Source: an uncultured Gaiellaceae bacterium
GTDB taxonomy: Bacteria > Actinomycetota > Thermoleophilia > Gaiellales > Gaiellaceae
Length of the DNA: 64,000 nt
Assembly (NCBI GenBank): GCA_963787855.1
Contig: CAWBER010000010.1
Coordinates: 14,066 to 78,065, forward strand
Reading direction: 5' to 3'
How positions within the stretch are numbered: the first letter of the stretch is position 1; each line of letters starts with the position of its first letter. A model generated the notes under the pieces. The model saw nothing but the letters and a program-made list of their open reading frames with translations, searched no databases and was not told where the DNA came from. Below are positions 43,348-52,827 of this stretch, one piece after another. A program made the position numbers and the translations under genes.

Positions 43348-44378
43348 CAGGCGGCGATCTCCTCGCGCACGATCGCCGCGCCGGCGACCATCGCCTGCAG
43401 CTTCGCGAACGCCCGCTCGCGCGGGAGGTACTTCATCCCGCAGTCGGGTGCGACGACGAGTCGCTCCGGTTCGACGACGCCGAGCGCCCGGCGGATCCTC
43501 TCGGCAACGAGCGCGGGCGTCTCGACCTCCTCCGCTCCGAGATCGAGGACGCCGAGCACGACGATCTTGTCCGGCAAGGAGCGCAGCACCTGCGGGTCGA
43601 GCTTCGGCTGCGCAGCCTCGATCGAGACGTGCGTCGCGGCGCAGTCGTTCAGCTCGGCGAGGAACGGGTAGCCGCTCGGCTTGTCGTGGACGACGTGGGC
43701 GTACCCGAAGCACGTGTGGAGGACCGTGTCGCCCTCGATGCCCTCGAGCGCGCGGTCGATCGCCTCGAGGGCGTAGGCGCGGGCGAGCTCCGGACGGGCC
43801 TGGAGGTAGGGCTCGTCGATCTGGACGATATCCGCCCCTGCCTCCTTGAGGTCTCGCAGCTCCCCGTTGACCGCGTCTGCGTACGCGAGTGCGAGGTCGC
43901 GGTCGTCCGCGTAGTGGTCGTTCTGCGCCTGCTGCGCCATCGTGAACGGCCCCGGGACCGTGATCTTGATCCGGCGTTCCGTGATCGCGCGCAGGAACCG
44001 GGCGTGCCTTATCTCCACGGGTCGCGTGCGGCGGATCGGCCCGACGACCCTCGGGACGGGGTTCTCGTGTCCCGTCCGGTCGAGTGCGACTCCCGGCGAG
44101 TCGAGATCGATCCCATCGAGCGCGGTCGCGAAGTGGTTCGAGTAGCTCTCGCGGCGCATCTCCCCGTCCGTGACCACTTCGACACCCGCGAGCTCCATGT
44201 CGCGGACGGCGACGCGCGTTGCGTCGTCCTGGGCCTCGTCGAGGAACGGCGCCGGGACGCGCCAGAGCTCCTCGGCGCGCACGCGTGGCGGCAGCCTGTC
44301 ACCGAGGCGCTCACGGTCGATGAGCCACTCGGGCTGCGGATAGCTCCCGACGACGGTCGTTGTGAGCTGCTCTCCCAC
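43347..44378 (-). CDS. Cobalamin-independent methionine synthase family protein (MetE C-terminal-domain type, 343 aa)
   Basis: TTVVGSYPQPEWL, VVTDGEMRRESY, IVQIDEPY, HTCFGY, APDCGMKYL. Confidence 0.8.
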   Translation of the reverse strand: MGEQLTTTVVGSYPQPEWLIDRERLGDRLPPRVRAEELWRVPAPFLDEAQDDATRVAVRDMELAGVEVVTDGEMRRESYSNHFATALDGIDLDSPGVALDRTGHENPVPRVVGPIRRTRPVEIRHARFLRAITERRIKITVPGPFTMAQQAQNDHYADDRDLALAYADAVNGELRDLKEAGADIVQIDEPYLQARPELARAYALEAIDRALEGIEGDTVLHTCFGYAHVVHDKPSGYPFLAELNDCAATHVSIEAAQPKLDPQVLRSLPDKIVVLGVLDLGAEEVETPALVAERIRRALGVVEPERLVVAPDCGMKYLPRERAFAKLQAMVAGAAIVREEIAA

Positions 44379-44412
44379 CGCGACGCAACATATCGCCGTC
44401 AGAATTCACGGC

Positions 44413-44763
44413 GTGGCCTCTTATGCCGTCAACGAGAAGGCCGTCGCGCGAGCGCGCCGGCTCATCGAGGGTCGCCAGTACGTCCTCGACAGCGAGTGGG
44501 GCGAAGTGCAGCCGAACGCCGAAGCCGAGAACGCGTTCCTCGAGTCGCACACCTGGAACGAGTACGCGGAGTGGCACCTCGGGCTCACCGAGGGCGCGAC
44601 GGACGAGACCAAGGCGCGCTACGCCTTCGCCTACGGGGACCTTCGCCGCCTCCACCGAAGCGGGCTGATTGCATGCCACTACCGCGCTGCGGAGTGGCGA
44701 CACAAGGGGATCGAGCTCGCGGCGCACGACCTGCTGCAGCTACTCGACAAGACGAGCGCCTGA
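44413..44763 (+). CDS. Hypothetical protein
   Basis: ORF 44362..44763. The start is moved to GTG 44413 because the longest form overlaps the divergent gene start. No family recognised (…WHLGLTEGATDETKARYAFAYGDLRRLHRSGLIACHYRAAEW…). Confidence 0.4.
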   Translation: MASYAVNEKAVARARRLIEGRQYVLDSEWGEVQPNAEAENAFLESHTWNEYAEWHLGLTEGATDETKARYAFAYGDLRRLHRSGLIACHYRAAEWRHKGIELAAHDLLQLLDKTSA

Positions 44764-44776
44764 GAGACGACGCGGC

Positions 44777-44798
44777 GGGGCCGGTACCGCTCGGCCCC
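44777..44798. terminator. GC hairpin between convergent genes
   Basis: ggggccg-gtaccgct-cggcccc. No U-tract. Confidence 0.3.
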
Positions 44799-44817
44799 GG
44801 CCCGTCGCGACGAACGT

Positions 44818-45018
44818 CTACTCGAGGACGAACGAGACCCGCAGCGTTACGCGGAACTCGGTGATCTTCCCGTCCTCGACCTCCACCTTCTCCTCCGAGA
44901 CCCACGCGCCCTTGATGCCGCGGAGACTCTCGCCTGCCTTGTCGATGCCGTTCTTCACCGCGTCCTCGAAGCTCGTCGGGGAGCTCGCGGAGATCTCGAC
45001 GACCTTGGCAACGGACAT
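44818..45018 (-). CDS. Dodecin family flavin-binding protein
   Basis: 66 aa: MSVAKVVEISASSPTSFEDAVKNGIDKAGESLRGIKGAWVSEEKVEVEDGKITEFRVTLRVSFVLE, the canonical dodecin pattern. Confidence 0.85.
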   Translation of the reverse strand: MSVAKVVEISASSPTSFEDAVKNGIDKAGESLRGIKGAWVSEEKVEVEDGKITEFRVTLRVSFVLE

Positions 45019-45103
45019 GCGCCCACCCCTTCCGTGACGGTGTCGGTAATCGGATCCCGAGTCTAGTCCGGCAGGTGATCGCATATCCTCGCCTCGGAAA
45101 GAG

Positions 45104-45631
45104 ATGCACGCCGAGGCGGACTCACGACCGGACTGGGGGCGGCGCGCGATCTGGGCGGGCGTCGTCCTCATCGTCATCCTTCTCGGCGGGCTGATTGCCT
45201 CGGCGACTGTGCCCCGCTGGTGGGCGCAACGCATCGGCGACCAGGTCGATGGGAGCATCACGCAGGGCACGCTCCTCGGGCTCTTCTACGGCTTCGTGTT
45301 CACGCTCGTGCCGCTCGCCGTCCTCGTGCTGATCCTGCGGTGGCGCTCGAGCTGGAGGTGGGTGGTCTTCGCGGTCGTCCTCGCGGCGATCCTCGCGCTT
45401 CCGAACCTCATGACGCTCGGCATCGTCCTCGGACGAGGGAACGCCGCCCATGCTGGCGACCGCATCCTCGACGTCGAGGCGCCCGCCTTCCGGGGCGGAA
45501 CGCTCGCGGGCGCGCTGCTCGCGGCCCTGCTCATCGCCTTCGTCGCGTACCTCATCGTCTCCCGCGGCCGAGCCCGATCAGGCGAGCGGAACGCGCGCGA
45601 GGAGCGGGAGGTTCCCGCGGATCCAGGCTAG
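45104..45631 (+). CDS. Hypothetical membrane protein (four predicted TM helices)
   Basis: 175-aa ORF with hydrophobic stretches IWAGVVLIVILLGGLIA, LLGLFYGFVFTLVPLAVLVLIL, VVFAVVLAAILALPNLMTLGIVL and LAGALLAALLIAFVAYLIV. Confidence 0.5.
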   Translation: MHAEADSRPDWGRRAIWAGVVLIVILLGGLIASATVPRWWAQRIGDQVDGSITQGTLLGLFYGFVFTLVPLAVLVLILRWRSSWRWVVFAVVLAAILALPNLMTLGIVLGRGNAAHAGDRILDVEAPAFRGGTLAGALLAALLIAFVAYLIVSRGRARSGERNAREEREVPADPG

Positions 45632-46509
45632 ACGCGGCCCTTGAACGTGTCGCAGCTCTGCGGGCCGGAGCCCTCGATGCCGCGCACGAACCAGCTCTGC
45701 CGCTGCTCCGCCGAGCCGTGCGTCCACGACTCGGGGACGACCCGGCCTTGTGTCCGCTCCTGGATGCGGTCGTCCCCCACCGACGCGGCGGCGTCGAGCG
45801 CCTGCGCGACGTCCTGGCGGCTCAGGTCCTCGATGAAGCCCGTTTCGAGCGCGTTCCCGACCCAGAGACCCGCGTAGCAGTCCGCCTGGAGCTCTACACG
45901 CACCTGTCCCCCTTGCGGGCCGGTGTCGCGGTCGGCGCTGCGCAGGACTCCTGTCAGGTTCTGGACGTGGTGGCCGTACTCGTGGGCGAGGATGTACGCC
46001 TCGGCGAGCGGCCCGCCCTCGGCGCCGAGCTGGGACTGGAGCTGGTCGAAGAAGCCGAGGTCGATGTAGACGTAACGGTCGTTCGGACAGTAGAACGGCC
46101 CGACCGCGGACGACGCTCCCCCGCAGCCGGTCTGGATCGACCCGTCGAAGAGGCGCGTCGCCGTCGGCTCGTATCCTCGGAACGCCCTGTTCCAGTACGC
46201 CTGGATGCTGTTGATGCTCGCCAGGATCCGGCAGTCCTCGCGCTCGTTCGCGTCCGCCCCGGTCTGACACTCCTGCGCTAGGTCGCCGGGCGGCTGCTGG
46301 CCCGGCCCGACGGTCTGGCCGGCGAGCGAGCCGAGGTCTCCGAGGCCGCCGCCTCCGCCGAGGAACATGAAGGCGAGCACGACGAGCAGCACGATGATCC
46401 CGCCTCCGCCACCGAGCTGGAGCGGAATGCCGCCGGGCAGGCCGCCTCCGCGTCCGCGGTAGTCCTCGACCTGCGAGGGGTCGAGCTTCGCGTCCTTGCG
46501 AAACCGCAT
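45628..46509 (-). CDS. YpfJ-family neutral zinc metallopeptidase
   Basis: N-terminal Gly-rich TM, GPFYCPND.YVYIDL.FF, and HEYGHHVQ zinc motif followed by ELQADCYAG. Confidence 0.85.
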   Translation of the reverse strand: MRFRKDAKLDPSQVEDYRGRGGGLPGGIPLQLGGGGGIIVLLVVLAFMFLGGGGGLGDLGSLAGQTVGPGQQPPGDLAQECQTGADANEREDCRILASINSIQAYWNRAFRGYEPTATRLFDGSIQTGCGGASSAVGPFYCPNDRYVYIDLGFFDQLQSQLGAEGGPLAEAYILAHEYGHHVQNLTGVLRSADRDTGPQGGQVRVELQADCYAGLWVGNALETGFIEDLSRQDVAQALDAAASVGDDRIQERTQGRVVPESWTHGSAEQRQSWFVRGIEGSGPQSCDTFKGRV

Positions 46510-46533
46510 GGAGCGAAACTACCCCGATGCGAC

Positions 46534-46568
46534 GCGGCCGGAACCTGCGCGTGGCAGGTTCCGGCCGC
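46534..46568 (-). terminator. 15-bp perfect hairpin just downstream of the MFS gene
   Basis: gcggccggaacctgc-gcgtg-gcaggttccggccgc, 12 nt from the MFS stop. No U-tract (common in GC-rich genomes). Confidence 0.45.
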
Positions 46569-46579
46569 GACGAGCTCGA

Positions 46580-48025
46580 TTAGCCGGTCGGCTCGAGCGC
46601 CGGCTCGCGGGCGTGCGCTTCCTGCTCTTGCAGGTCGCGCCCACGAACCATGAAGACCGACACGAGCACGCCCGCGAACATGATCGCCGCGGCCGCCCAG
46701 AACGCCGCCCGGAAGCCGTCGGTCAAGGCCGAGGGCACCGCCGTCCCGCTCGCCAGCGCGTCGTCGGTCGTCGACACCGCAATGGTCGAGAGCAGCGCGA
46801 TACCGACTGCGCCGCCGATCTGCTGCGACGTGTTGATGAGCCCCGATGCAAGACCCGCCTCCTGCTGCTTCGTTCCGGCCACCGCCGCGATCGTGACCGG
46901 CACGAACGCGAACGGCAGACCGAGGCCGATCAGGAGGAAGCCCGGGAACAGATCCGTCCAGTACGAGCCGTCGACCGAGACCTGCGTGAAGTAGAGGATC
47001 CCGACCGTCATGACGGACATCCCGAACACGAGCGCCGGCTTGACGCCGACCCGCGTCACGGCGGCCGCAGCGACGTTCGCCCAGATGATGGCGGTGCCTG
47101 CAACTGCCAGGTAGCCAACTCCGGTCTTCAGTGGCGAGAACTCGAGCACCTGCTGCATGTAGAGCGTGAGCATCAGGAACATCGCGAACATTCCCGTCCC
47201 CATGAAGAGCCCGACCACATTCGCAGCCGTGAGCGTCTGCAGCCGGAAGATCGAGAACGGCACGAGAGGGTCCTTCACGCGCTGCTCCCACACGACGAAC
47301 GCAGTGAGCAGCACTGCGGAGACGACGAAGACGCCGATCGTTTCGGGGGAGCTCCAGCCCCAGCCGCGCCCCTGCGTGATTCCGAGGACGAGCAGCGACA
47401 GGCCCGAGGTGACGAGGACCGCACCCGGAACGTCAAAGCCCTGACCGTGCTTGTCGAGGCTCTCCGAGAGCAGTATCGGAGCCAGGATCAGCGCGGCAAC
47501 TCCAACAGGGACGTTGACCCAGAAGATCCACTCCCACGAGAGGAAGTCGGTGAGGATGCCGCCGAACAGCACGCCGGCTGCGGCCCCAAAACCGCCGACC
47601 GCTCCCCACGCGCCCAGAGCGATGTTCCGCTCACGGCCTTCCTGGAAGGTCCAGACGAGGATGGACAGCGCAGCCGGAGTGATCGTCGCGGCGCCGAGCC
47701 CCTGAAGCGCTCTGAAGGCGATCAAGGCCTCGTCATTCCAGGCGAAGCCGCAGAGGAGCGATCCGATCGTGAACACGATCGTTCCGAAGATGAAGATGCG
47801 CCGGCGGCCGAGGAGGTCGGCTGACCGCCCTCCGAGCAGGAGGAATCCGCCGAACACGAGCGCGTAGGCGCTGATCACCCACTGGAGGTTCTCTTGCGAG
47901 AACCCGAGATCGACCTGGATCGACGGCAGCGCGACGTTCACGATCGCGACGTCGAGGATGACCATGAATTGCACCGCCAGGATGAGCGCGAGTGCGAACC
48001 ACTTCTTGCTATCGCTAGTGACCAT
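46580..48025 (-). CDS. MFS transporter, DHA2 (EmrB/QacA, 14-TM) type
   Basis: 481 aa. ILDVAIVNVALPSI, GGRSADLLGRRRIF (motif A-like), 14 hydrophobic segments. Confidence 0.9.
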   Translation of the reverse strand: MVTSDSKKWFALALILAVQFMVILDVAIVNVALPSIQVDLGFSQENLQWVISAYALVFGGFLLLGGRSADLLGRRRIFIFGTIVFTIGSLLCGFAWNDEALIAFRALQGLGAATITPAALSILVWTFQEGRERNIALGAWGAVGGFGAAAGVLFGGILTDFLSWEWIFWVNVPVGVAALILAPILLSESLDKHGQGFDVPGAVLVTSGLSLLVLGITQGRGWGWSSPETIGVFVVSAVLLTAFVVWEQRVKDPLVPFSIFRLQTLTAANVVGLFMGTGMFAMFLMLTLYMQQVLEFSPLKTGVGYLAVAGTAIIWANVAAAAVTRVGVKPALVFGMSVMTVGILYFTQVSVDGSYWTDLFPGFLLIGLGLPFAFVPVTIAAVAGTKQQEAGLASGLINTSQQIGGAVGIALLSTIAVSTTDDALASGTAVPSALTDGFRAAFWAAAAIMFAGVLVSVFMVRGRDLQEQEAHAREPALEPTG

Positions 48026-48093
48026 GCAAAGCCCCTTCAGTCGTTTCTCGAGTCAGACGAGTGAGCGATCCTACAACAGACACTTTCAATTCG

Positions 48094-48107
48094 CAAGTTA
48101 AGACTTG
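48094..48107. promoter_or_regulatory. Candidate operator palindrome in the MFS/HxlR divergent intergenic region
   Basis: CAAGT-TAAG-ACTTG lies inside the only AT-rich stretch (48040-48140) between the two divergent genes. Confidence 0.25.
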
Positions 48108-48140
48108 TGTTTCGAAAGAAGACCGGCTAGTATCGAAAAC

Positions 48141-48776
48141 GTGGCCAAGTGCTACGACCAGTACTGCCCGATGGCGCATGCGCTCGACCTGGTCGGTGAG
48201 CGCTGGTCGTTGCTGATCGTCCGCGAGCTGCTCGAAGACGACCAGCTTCGGTACTCGGATCTCCATGCGCGGCTTCCCGGCTGCGGCACCAACATCCTCG
48301 CTGCGCGGCTGAAGACGCTCGAGCAGGGAGGTGTCGTCCGCCGCCGCAAGCTCGACCCACCGGCGGGGTCGTGGGTCTACGAGCTCACGGAGTACGGCGC
48401 GGGGCTCCGCGAGGTGCTCCACGTGCTCGCGCACTGGGGCGCGCGTTCGCTCCGTCCCCCCGCGACGTCTGGCGACCTCGAGCCGGGCTGGCTCCACGGC
48501 GCGCTCCGCATCGCGCTTCCCGCTGCGAGCTCGCCGAGGCGGATCGAGTTCCGTATCGGCGACGAAGTCGCAGCGGTCGTGGACGACTCCGTCGTCGAAG
48601 GCTCGGTCGACGACCCCGAGGCTGTCGTGACCGGCGACACACCGAGCTTCTATTGCCTGATGGTCGACCGAGACATCGATGCCGTCGCGATCGAGGGCGA
48701 TGCCGAGGCCGTACGCGCGATGCTCGCGTCGCTCCCAGCAGTGCCGGCGACAGAGCCGGCTCTGTCCGCGAGCTAG
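48141..48776 (+). CDS. HxlR-family transcriptional regulator with C-terminal SCP2-like extension
   Basis: CPMAHALDLVGERWSLLIVRELL...RYSDL...LAARLKTLEQGGVV.R. GTG 48141. Divergent from the MFS gene. Confidence 0.85.
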   Translation: MAKCYDQYCPMAHALDLVGERWSLLIVRELLEDDQLRYSDLHARLPGCGTNILAARLKTLEQGGVVRRRKLDPPAGSWVYELTEYGAGLREVLHVLAHWGARSLRPPATSGDLEPGWLHGALRIALPAASSPRRIEFRIGDEVAAVVDDSVVEGSVDDPEAVVTGDTPSFYCLMVDRDIDAVAIEGDAEAVRAMLASLPAVPATEPALSAS

Positions 48777-49355
48777 CGTGCGCCGAAGTCGTCGAGGCGC
48801 CCGGTCTTGCCGCGGATCCCGATCCCGACGCGTCCTGCGGCGACGTACGTCGAGTCCGCGACGCTCCCGAGGAGCGTCCACGTCGACCCCCGCTTGAGCC
48901 ACGCCTCGAGCGTCGACGCCTTCACGCGTAGAAGGAGCGTGTCGCCGGCCGCGAGCTCCTGGAGGATCGTGAGCCTGGTGACCGTCCCGCCCGTGTCGAT
49001 CCGCTCGAGCATCACCTGGTCGGTCCCGGCGAGCTGGTTCGTCCTGAGCACGTAGCCGCTGTGCACCGCCAGGCCGGCGTTCTGGAGCCGCGCGTACAGG
49101 CGGAACTGGTTGCCGTTGCCGGGGAGCGTGGAGACACGCGCCCACACCTCCGTGTCCGGGCCGAGCGCCGGGTTGGTCCGCCAGGCCGTGCACGTGGTCG
49201 TCTTCGTGCACTGGACGGTGTTCGAATTCACGCGCAGGCCCGTCTCCACGGAGCCGCCGATCCCGTTCGACCAGCCGTTGGCCAGGGGGTTCTCGTTGCG
49301 CCGGTTGAAGCTGTCGACGATCGGCAGGGGCTCGACCGGGGCGAGGGCGCCACTC

Positions 49356-49955
49356 GGCGTCGAGACCGTCGCCGTGGCCGAGTAGGGACCGAGGTTGAGC
49401 GCGGCGTCCTGGGCACGCACGCGGTAGGTGTAGGAGGTCGAGGCGGCGAGGCCGGTGTTCGAGAAGCTCGCCGAGGTGCTCGTGCCGACCTCGCCGAAGA
49501 CCGAGCAGCCCGCGCCCGAGCAGCGCTCGATGCGGTACAGGGTCACTCCCACGTTGTCGGAGGCCGCGGCCCAGGTGAGATCGATCTGGGTCGGGCTCAC
49601 CGGGGCCAGGCTCGGTGTTCCGGGCGCGCTCGGCGCCTCGGTGTCGGGCGGCGCCGGCGTCGAGACCGTCGCCGTGGCCGAGTAGGGACCGAGGTTGAGC
49701 GCGGCGTCCTGGGCACGCACGCGGTAGGTGTAGGAGGTCGACGCGACGAGGCCGGTGTTCGAGAAGCTCGTCGAGGTGCTCGTGCCGACCTCGCTGAAGA
49801 CCGAGCAGCCCGCGCCCGGGCAGCGCTCGATGCCGATACGAGGGTCGACTCGCGACGTTGTCCGTCGGCCGCCTGCCAGGAGAGGTCGATCTGCGTCGGG
49901 CTGGCAGCGGCGGCAGGCTCAGGTTCGTTGGCGGGGTGGGCGGCTCGGTGTCGGG
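49356..49955 (-). repeat. Tandem repeat 2 x 300 bp (FN3-type module ...IDLTWAAASDNVGVTLYRIERCSGAGCS...YTYRVRAQDAALNLGPYSATATVSTP)
   Basis: ggcgtcgagaccgtcgccgtggccgagtagggaccgaggttgagcgcggcgtcctgggcacgcacgcggtaggtgtaggaggtcga occurs at 49356 and 49656. The second copy decays with indels after about 49830. Confidence 0.85.
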
Positions 49956-49973
49956 CGGAGGGGCACCCATCGT

Positions 49974-51720
49974 CCGCGCACCGAAGTCGTCGAGCCGGCC
50001 GGTGGTGCCGCGCAGGCCGATGCCGGCGAAGCCGACGGCAGACGTAGGTCGAGTCGGAGACGACGCCGAGGCGAGTCCAGATGGAGCTTGCATTGCGCCA
50101 GATCTCCAGGGTCGAGCCCTTGGCCCGCAAGAGCAGGACGTCGCCCACCGCGAGCTCCTGGTTGACGGTCAAGCGGTTGACGAGGGCGCCGTTGTCCATC
50201 CGCTCGAGGAGAGATCTGGTCGGTCCCCGCAAGCTCGTTGGTGCGCAGCATGTAGCCGTCGTAGGTCGAGGCGCCAGGGCCTCTGCAGACGTGCGAACAG
50301 GCGAATGTGGTTGTTGGTGCCGAGGAGCGGTGGAGATGCGCGTCCACGACCTCGACGTCAGGGCCGTACTGAGGGGTCGTGCGCCAGGCCGTACAGGTCG
50401 TCGTCTTCGAGCAGGCGAGCGTGTTCGAGGTCGTGTAGAGCCCGGTTTCGACGCCACCGATGGCGCTGATCCCGTTCGTCCAGCCCCCGGAGAGCGGGTT
50501 CTCGTTGGGGCGGTCGAAGCTGTCGACCACCGGGAGCGGCTCGACCGGGGTGACGAGGTCGGCGGGCGTCGCGGAGGCCTCGTTGGAGAGCGCGCCCTCG
50601 CCGTTTCCGTTGACCGCGGACACCTTGTAGTAGTAGGTCGTGCCGTTCGAGGCGCTGCCGTCGACGTAGCTCGTCGTCGCGCCCGCGTCGTCGAGGAAGC
50701 TCAGCGACCCGGAGCTCAGGCCGCGGTACACCTTGTAGTTCGTGACCGTGCGACGCCTCCGTCGAAGTTGGGTGCGTTCCAGGCAGGCTTACGCTCGTCG
50801 TCGCCGGCGAACGCGGAGAGGGCGGTCGGCGCCTGCGGCGGGTTTTGGCTGATGCTCCGCGCACCGAAGTCGTCGAGCCGGCCGGTGGTGCCGCGCAGGC
50901 CGATGCCCGCGAAGCCGACGGCAGCGTAGGTCGAGTCGGAGACGACGCCGAGTCGAGTCCAGATGGAGCCTTGCATTGCGCCAGATCTCCAGGGTCGAGC
51001 CCTTGACCCGCAAGAGCAGGACGTCGCCCACCGCGAGCTCCTGGTTGACGGTCAAGCGGTTGACGAGGGCGCCGTTGTCGATCCGCTCGAGGAAGATCTG
51101 GTCGGTCCCCGCAAGCTCGTTGGTGCGCAGCATGTAGCCGTCGTAGGTCGAGGCGCCAGGGCCCTGCAGACGTGCGTACAGGCGAATGTGGTTGTTGGTG
51201 CCGAGGAGCGTGGAGATGCGCGTCCACACCTCGACGTCAGGGCCGTACTGAGGGGTCGTGCGCCAGGCCGTACAGGTCGTCGTCTTCGAGCAGGCGAGCG
51301 TGTTCGAGGTCGTGTAGGAGCCCGGTTTCGACGCCGACCGATGGCGCTGATCCCGTTCGTCCAGCCCCCGGCTCGAGAGCGGGTTCTCGTTGGGGCGGTC
51401 GAAGCTGTCGACCACCGGGAGCGGCTCGACCGGGGTGACGAGGTCGGCGGGCGTCGCGGAGGCCTCGTTGGAGAGCGCGCCCTCGCCGTTTCCGTTGACC
51501 GCGGACACCTTGTAGTAGTAGGTCGTGCCGTTCGAGGCGCTGCCGTCGACGTAGCTCGTCGTCGCGCCCGCGTCGTCGAGGAAGCTCAGCGACCCGGAGC
51601 TCAGGCCGCGGTACACCTTGTAGTTCGTGATCGTGGAGCCTCCGTCGAAGGTCGGCGCGTTCCAGGCGAGGCTCACGCTGTCGTCGCCGGGCGTGGCCGC
51701 GAGGGAGGTGGGGGCGCCCG
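49974..51720 (-). repeat. Tandem repeat 2 x about 883 bp (FN3 plus X module)
   Basis: ccgcgcaccgaagtcgtcgagccggccggtggtgccgcgcaggccgatgcc occurs at 49974 and 50857. The copies are near-identical over about 750 bp, differing by scattered 1-4-nt indels and a few substitutions. A diverged third X module lies at 48776-49355. Confidence 0.85.
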
Positions 51721-52827
51721 GTGGCCCGTCGCCGGGCGGAGCGCCGTCGATCGTGACGCCGAAGCGCTGCAGTACCGGGATGATGGGGTTCCCGATCGTC
51801 AGCTGGCCATCGCCGGCAAAGAGAAGCGCGACCGGCTGATTCCCACCCTGCGTGACCATCAGAGAGCCGGAATCTCCCGGCGCGCTGAACGACGCGCCCG
51901 AGACGGAGATCTGGTTGACGAAACGCGCTTCGTAGCCCGGGAAGCAGAACTCGCCCAACGCGAAGTAGCAGACGTCGACGGAGAAGTTGACGTCTTGCAC
52001 GGCCCCGAGCTGAAAGCCCGTTGTGCGCCCGTACTTCTGCACTCCCATTCCGATCGCAGCGGTCGTGGGCGTCGTGGTCGGAGCGCCGTAGCCGTCGGGC
52101 GGCGTTGCCGTACCGACGTTACCGGCGGAAGTAACCGCGATTGCCGCGTCCATGATGTTGTTGCCGCCGTTGAAGTCGATCGCCTGATAGCCCGCGAGCG
52201 TCGCGATGCGATCCGCCGCATCGGAGCCGCCGTCCTCGACGCCCGGCTGCGTGATCGCGTCGCCAATGCTCGCCGTGTTGACGCCGGCGAAGACGTGGTT
52301 GTTGGACAACGCGTAGACGTTCGTGCCGTCCGTGACGCGCGCACCAAGCGTCCCGGTCGCGAAGTCCGCGAGACCTGACGAGACGCCGATCGGCACCGGA
52401 CGTGGCCACCGGTCGGTGGGCAACGCTCGCGGGTCGAAGCGGCCCGAGCGAACGTGCTCTACCCCCACGCCATCGACGTCGGATGGAATGCCTTCGTCGT
52501 CGTCCGTCAGCTTGTAGACATGGATTACGGTCTTGCCGGCCGTGTTCTCGCCGATCCCGACGCCGACGACGTTCGGCTTGTCGAGCCACTTGTCCGCGTG
52601 CTTCTCCATCGCGGCGATCGCCTTGTCGAGCCCGGGAGGGGCGCCACCGGGCGGGCCCTGTCCGGCGGAGGACGCCGCGAGCGCGCCGACGACGACCGCA
52701 GCCAGCCACAGAACGACCTGCGCCTTCCGGACCACCCCTGCCCTCGCTTCTCGAGCCTGTCCCCTCGGCGCGCACACCCTAGTGCGGCGAAGCACGAATT
52801 ACCAGGGGGATTTCGGAATTCCCCCGA

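Larger units (their letters stand above)
48773..52735 (-). pseudogene. Secreted S1 (chymotrypsin/streptogrisin-like) protease followed by FN3 and about 190-aa jelly-roll-like modules; reading frame broken repeatedly
   Basis: GAGG precedes GTG 52735, followed by a signal peptide. Catalytic His (SNNHV), Asp (MDAAIA) and Ser (APGDSGS). Module order is FN3 / X module / FN3 / X module / 2 x FN3' / X' module. The pieces lie in ORFs 50789..52795, 50716..50976, 49919..50731, 49597..50457 and 48773..49720. The intact N-terminal part runs about 51390-52735. Confidence 0.75.

Noticed and set aside
44379-44412. Looked for riboswitches or leader peptides upstream of the MetE-like gene, the trpE-like gene (31927-31947), DAHP synthase and aspartate kinase (62832-62989).
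   Set aside because: The intergenic spaces are too short (20-60 nt), or in the aspartate kinase case show none of the conserved SAM, B12, lysine or T-box elements I can recognise by eye.
48773-51720. Near-identical repeat pairs considered as template/variable repeats of a diversity-generating retroelement.
   Set aside because: There is no reverse transcriptase or accessory gene anywhere in the window. Differences between the copies are mostly indels rather than adenine-specific substitutions, and the copies are tandem coding modules.
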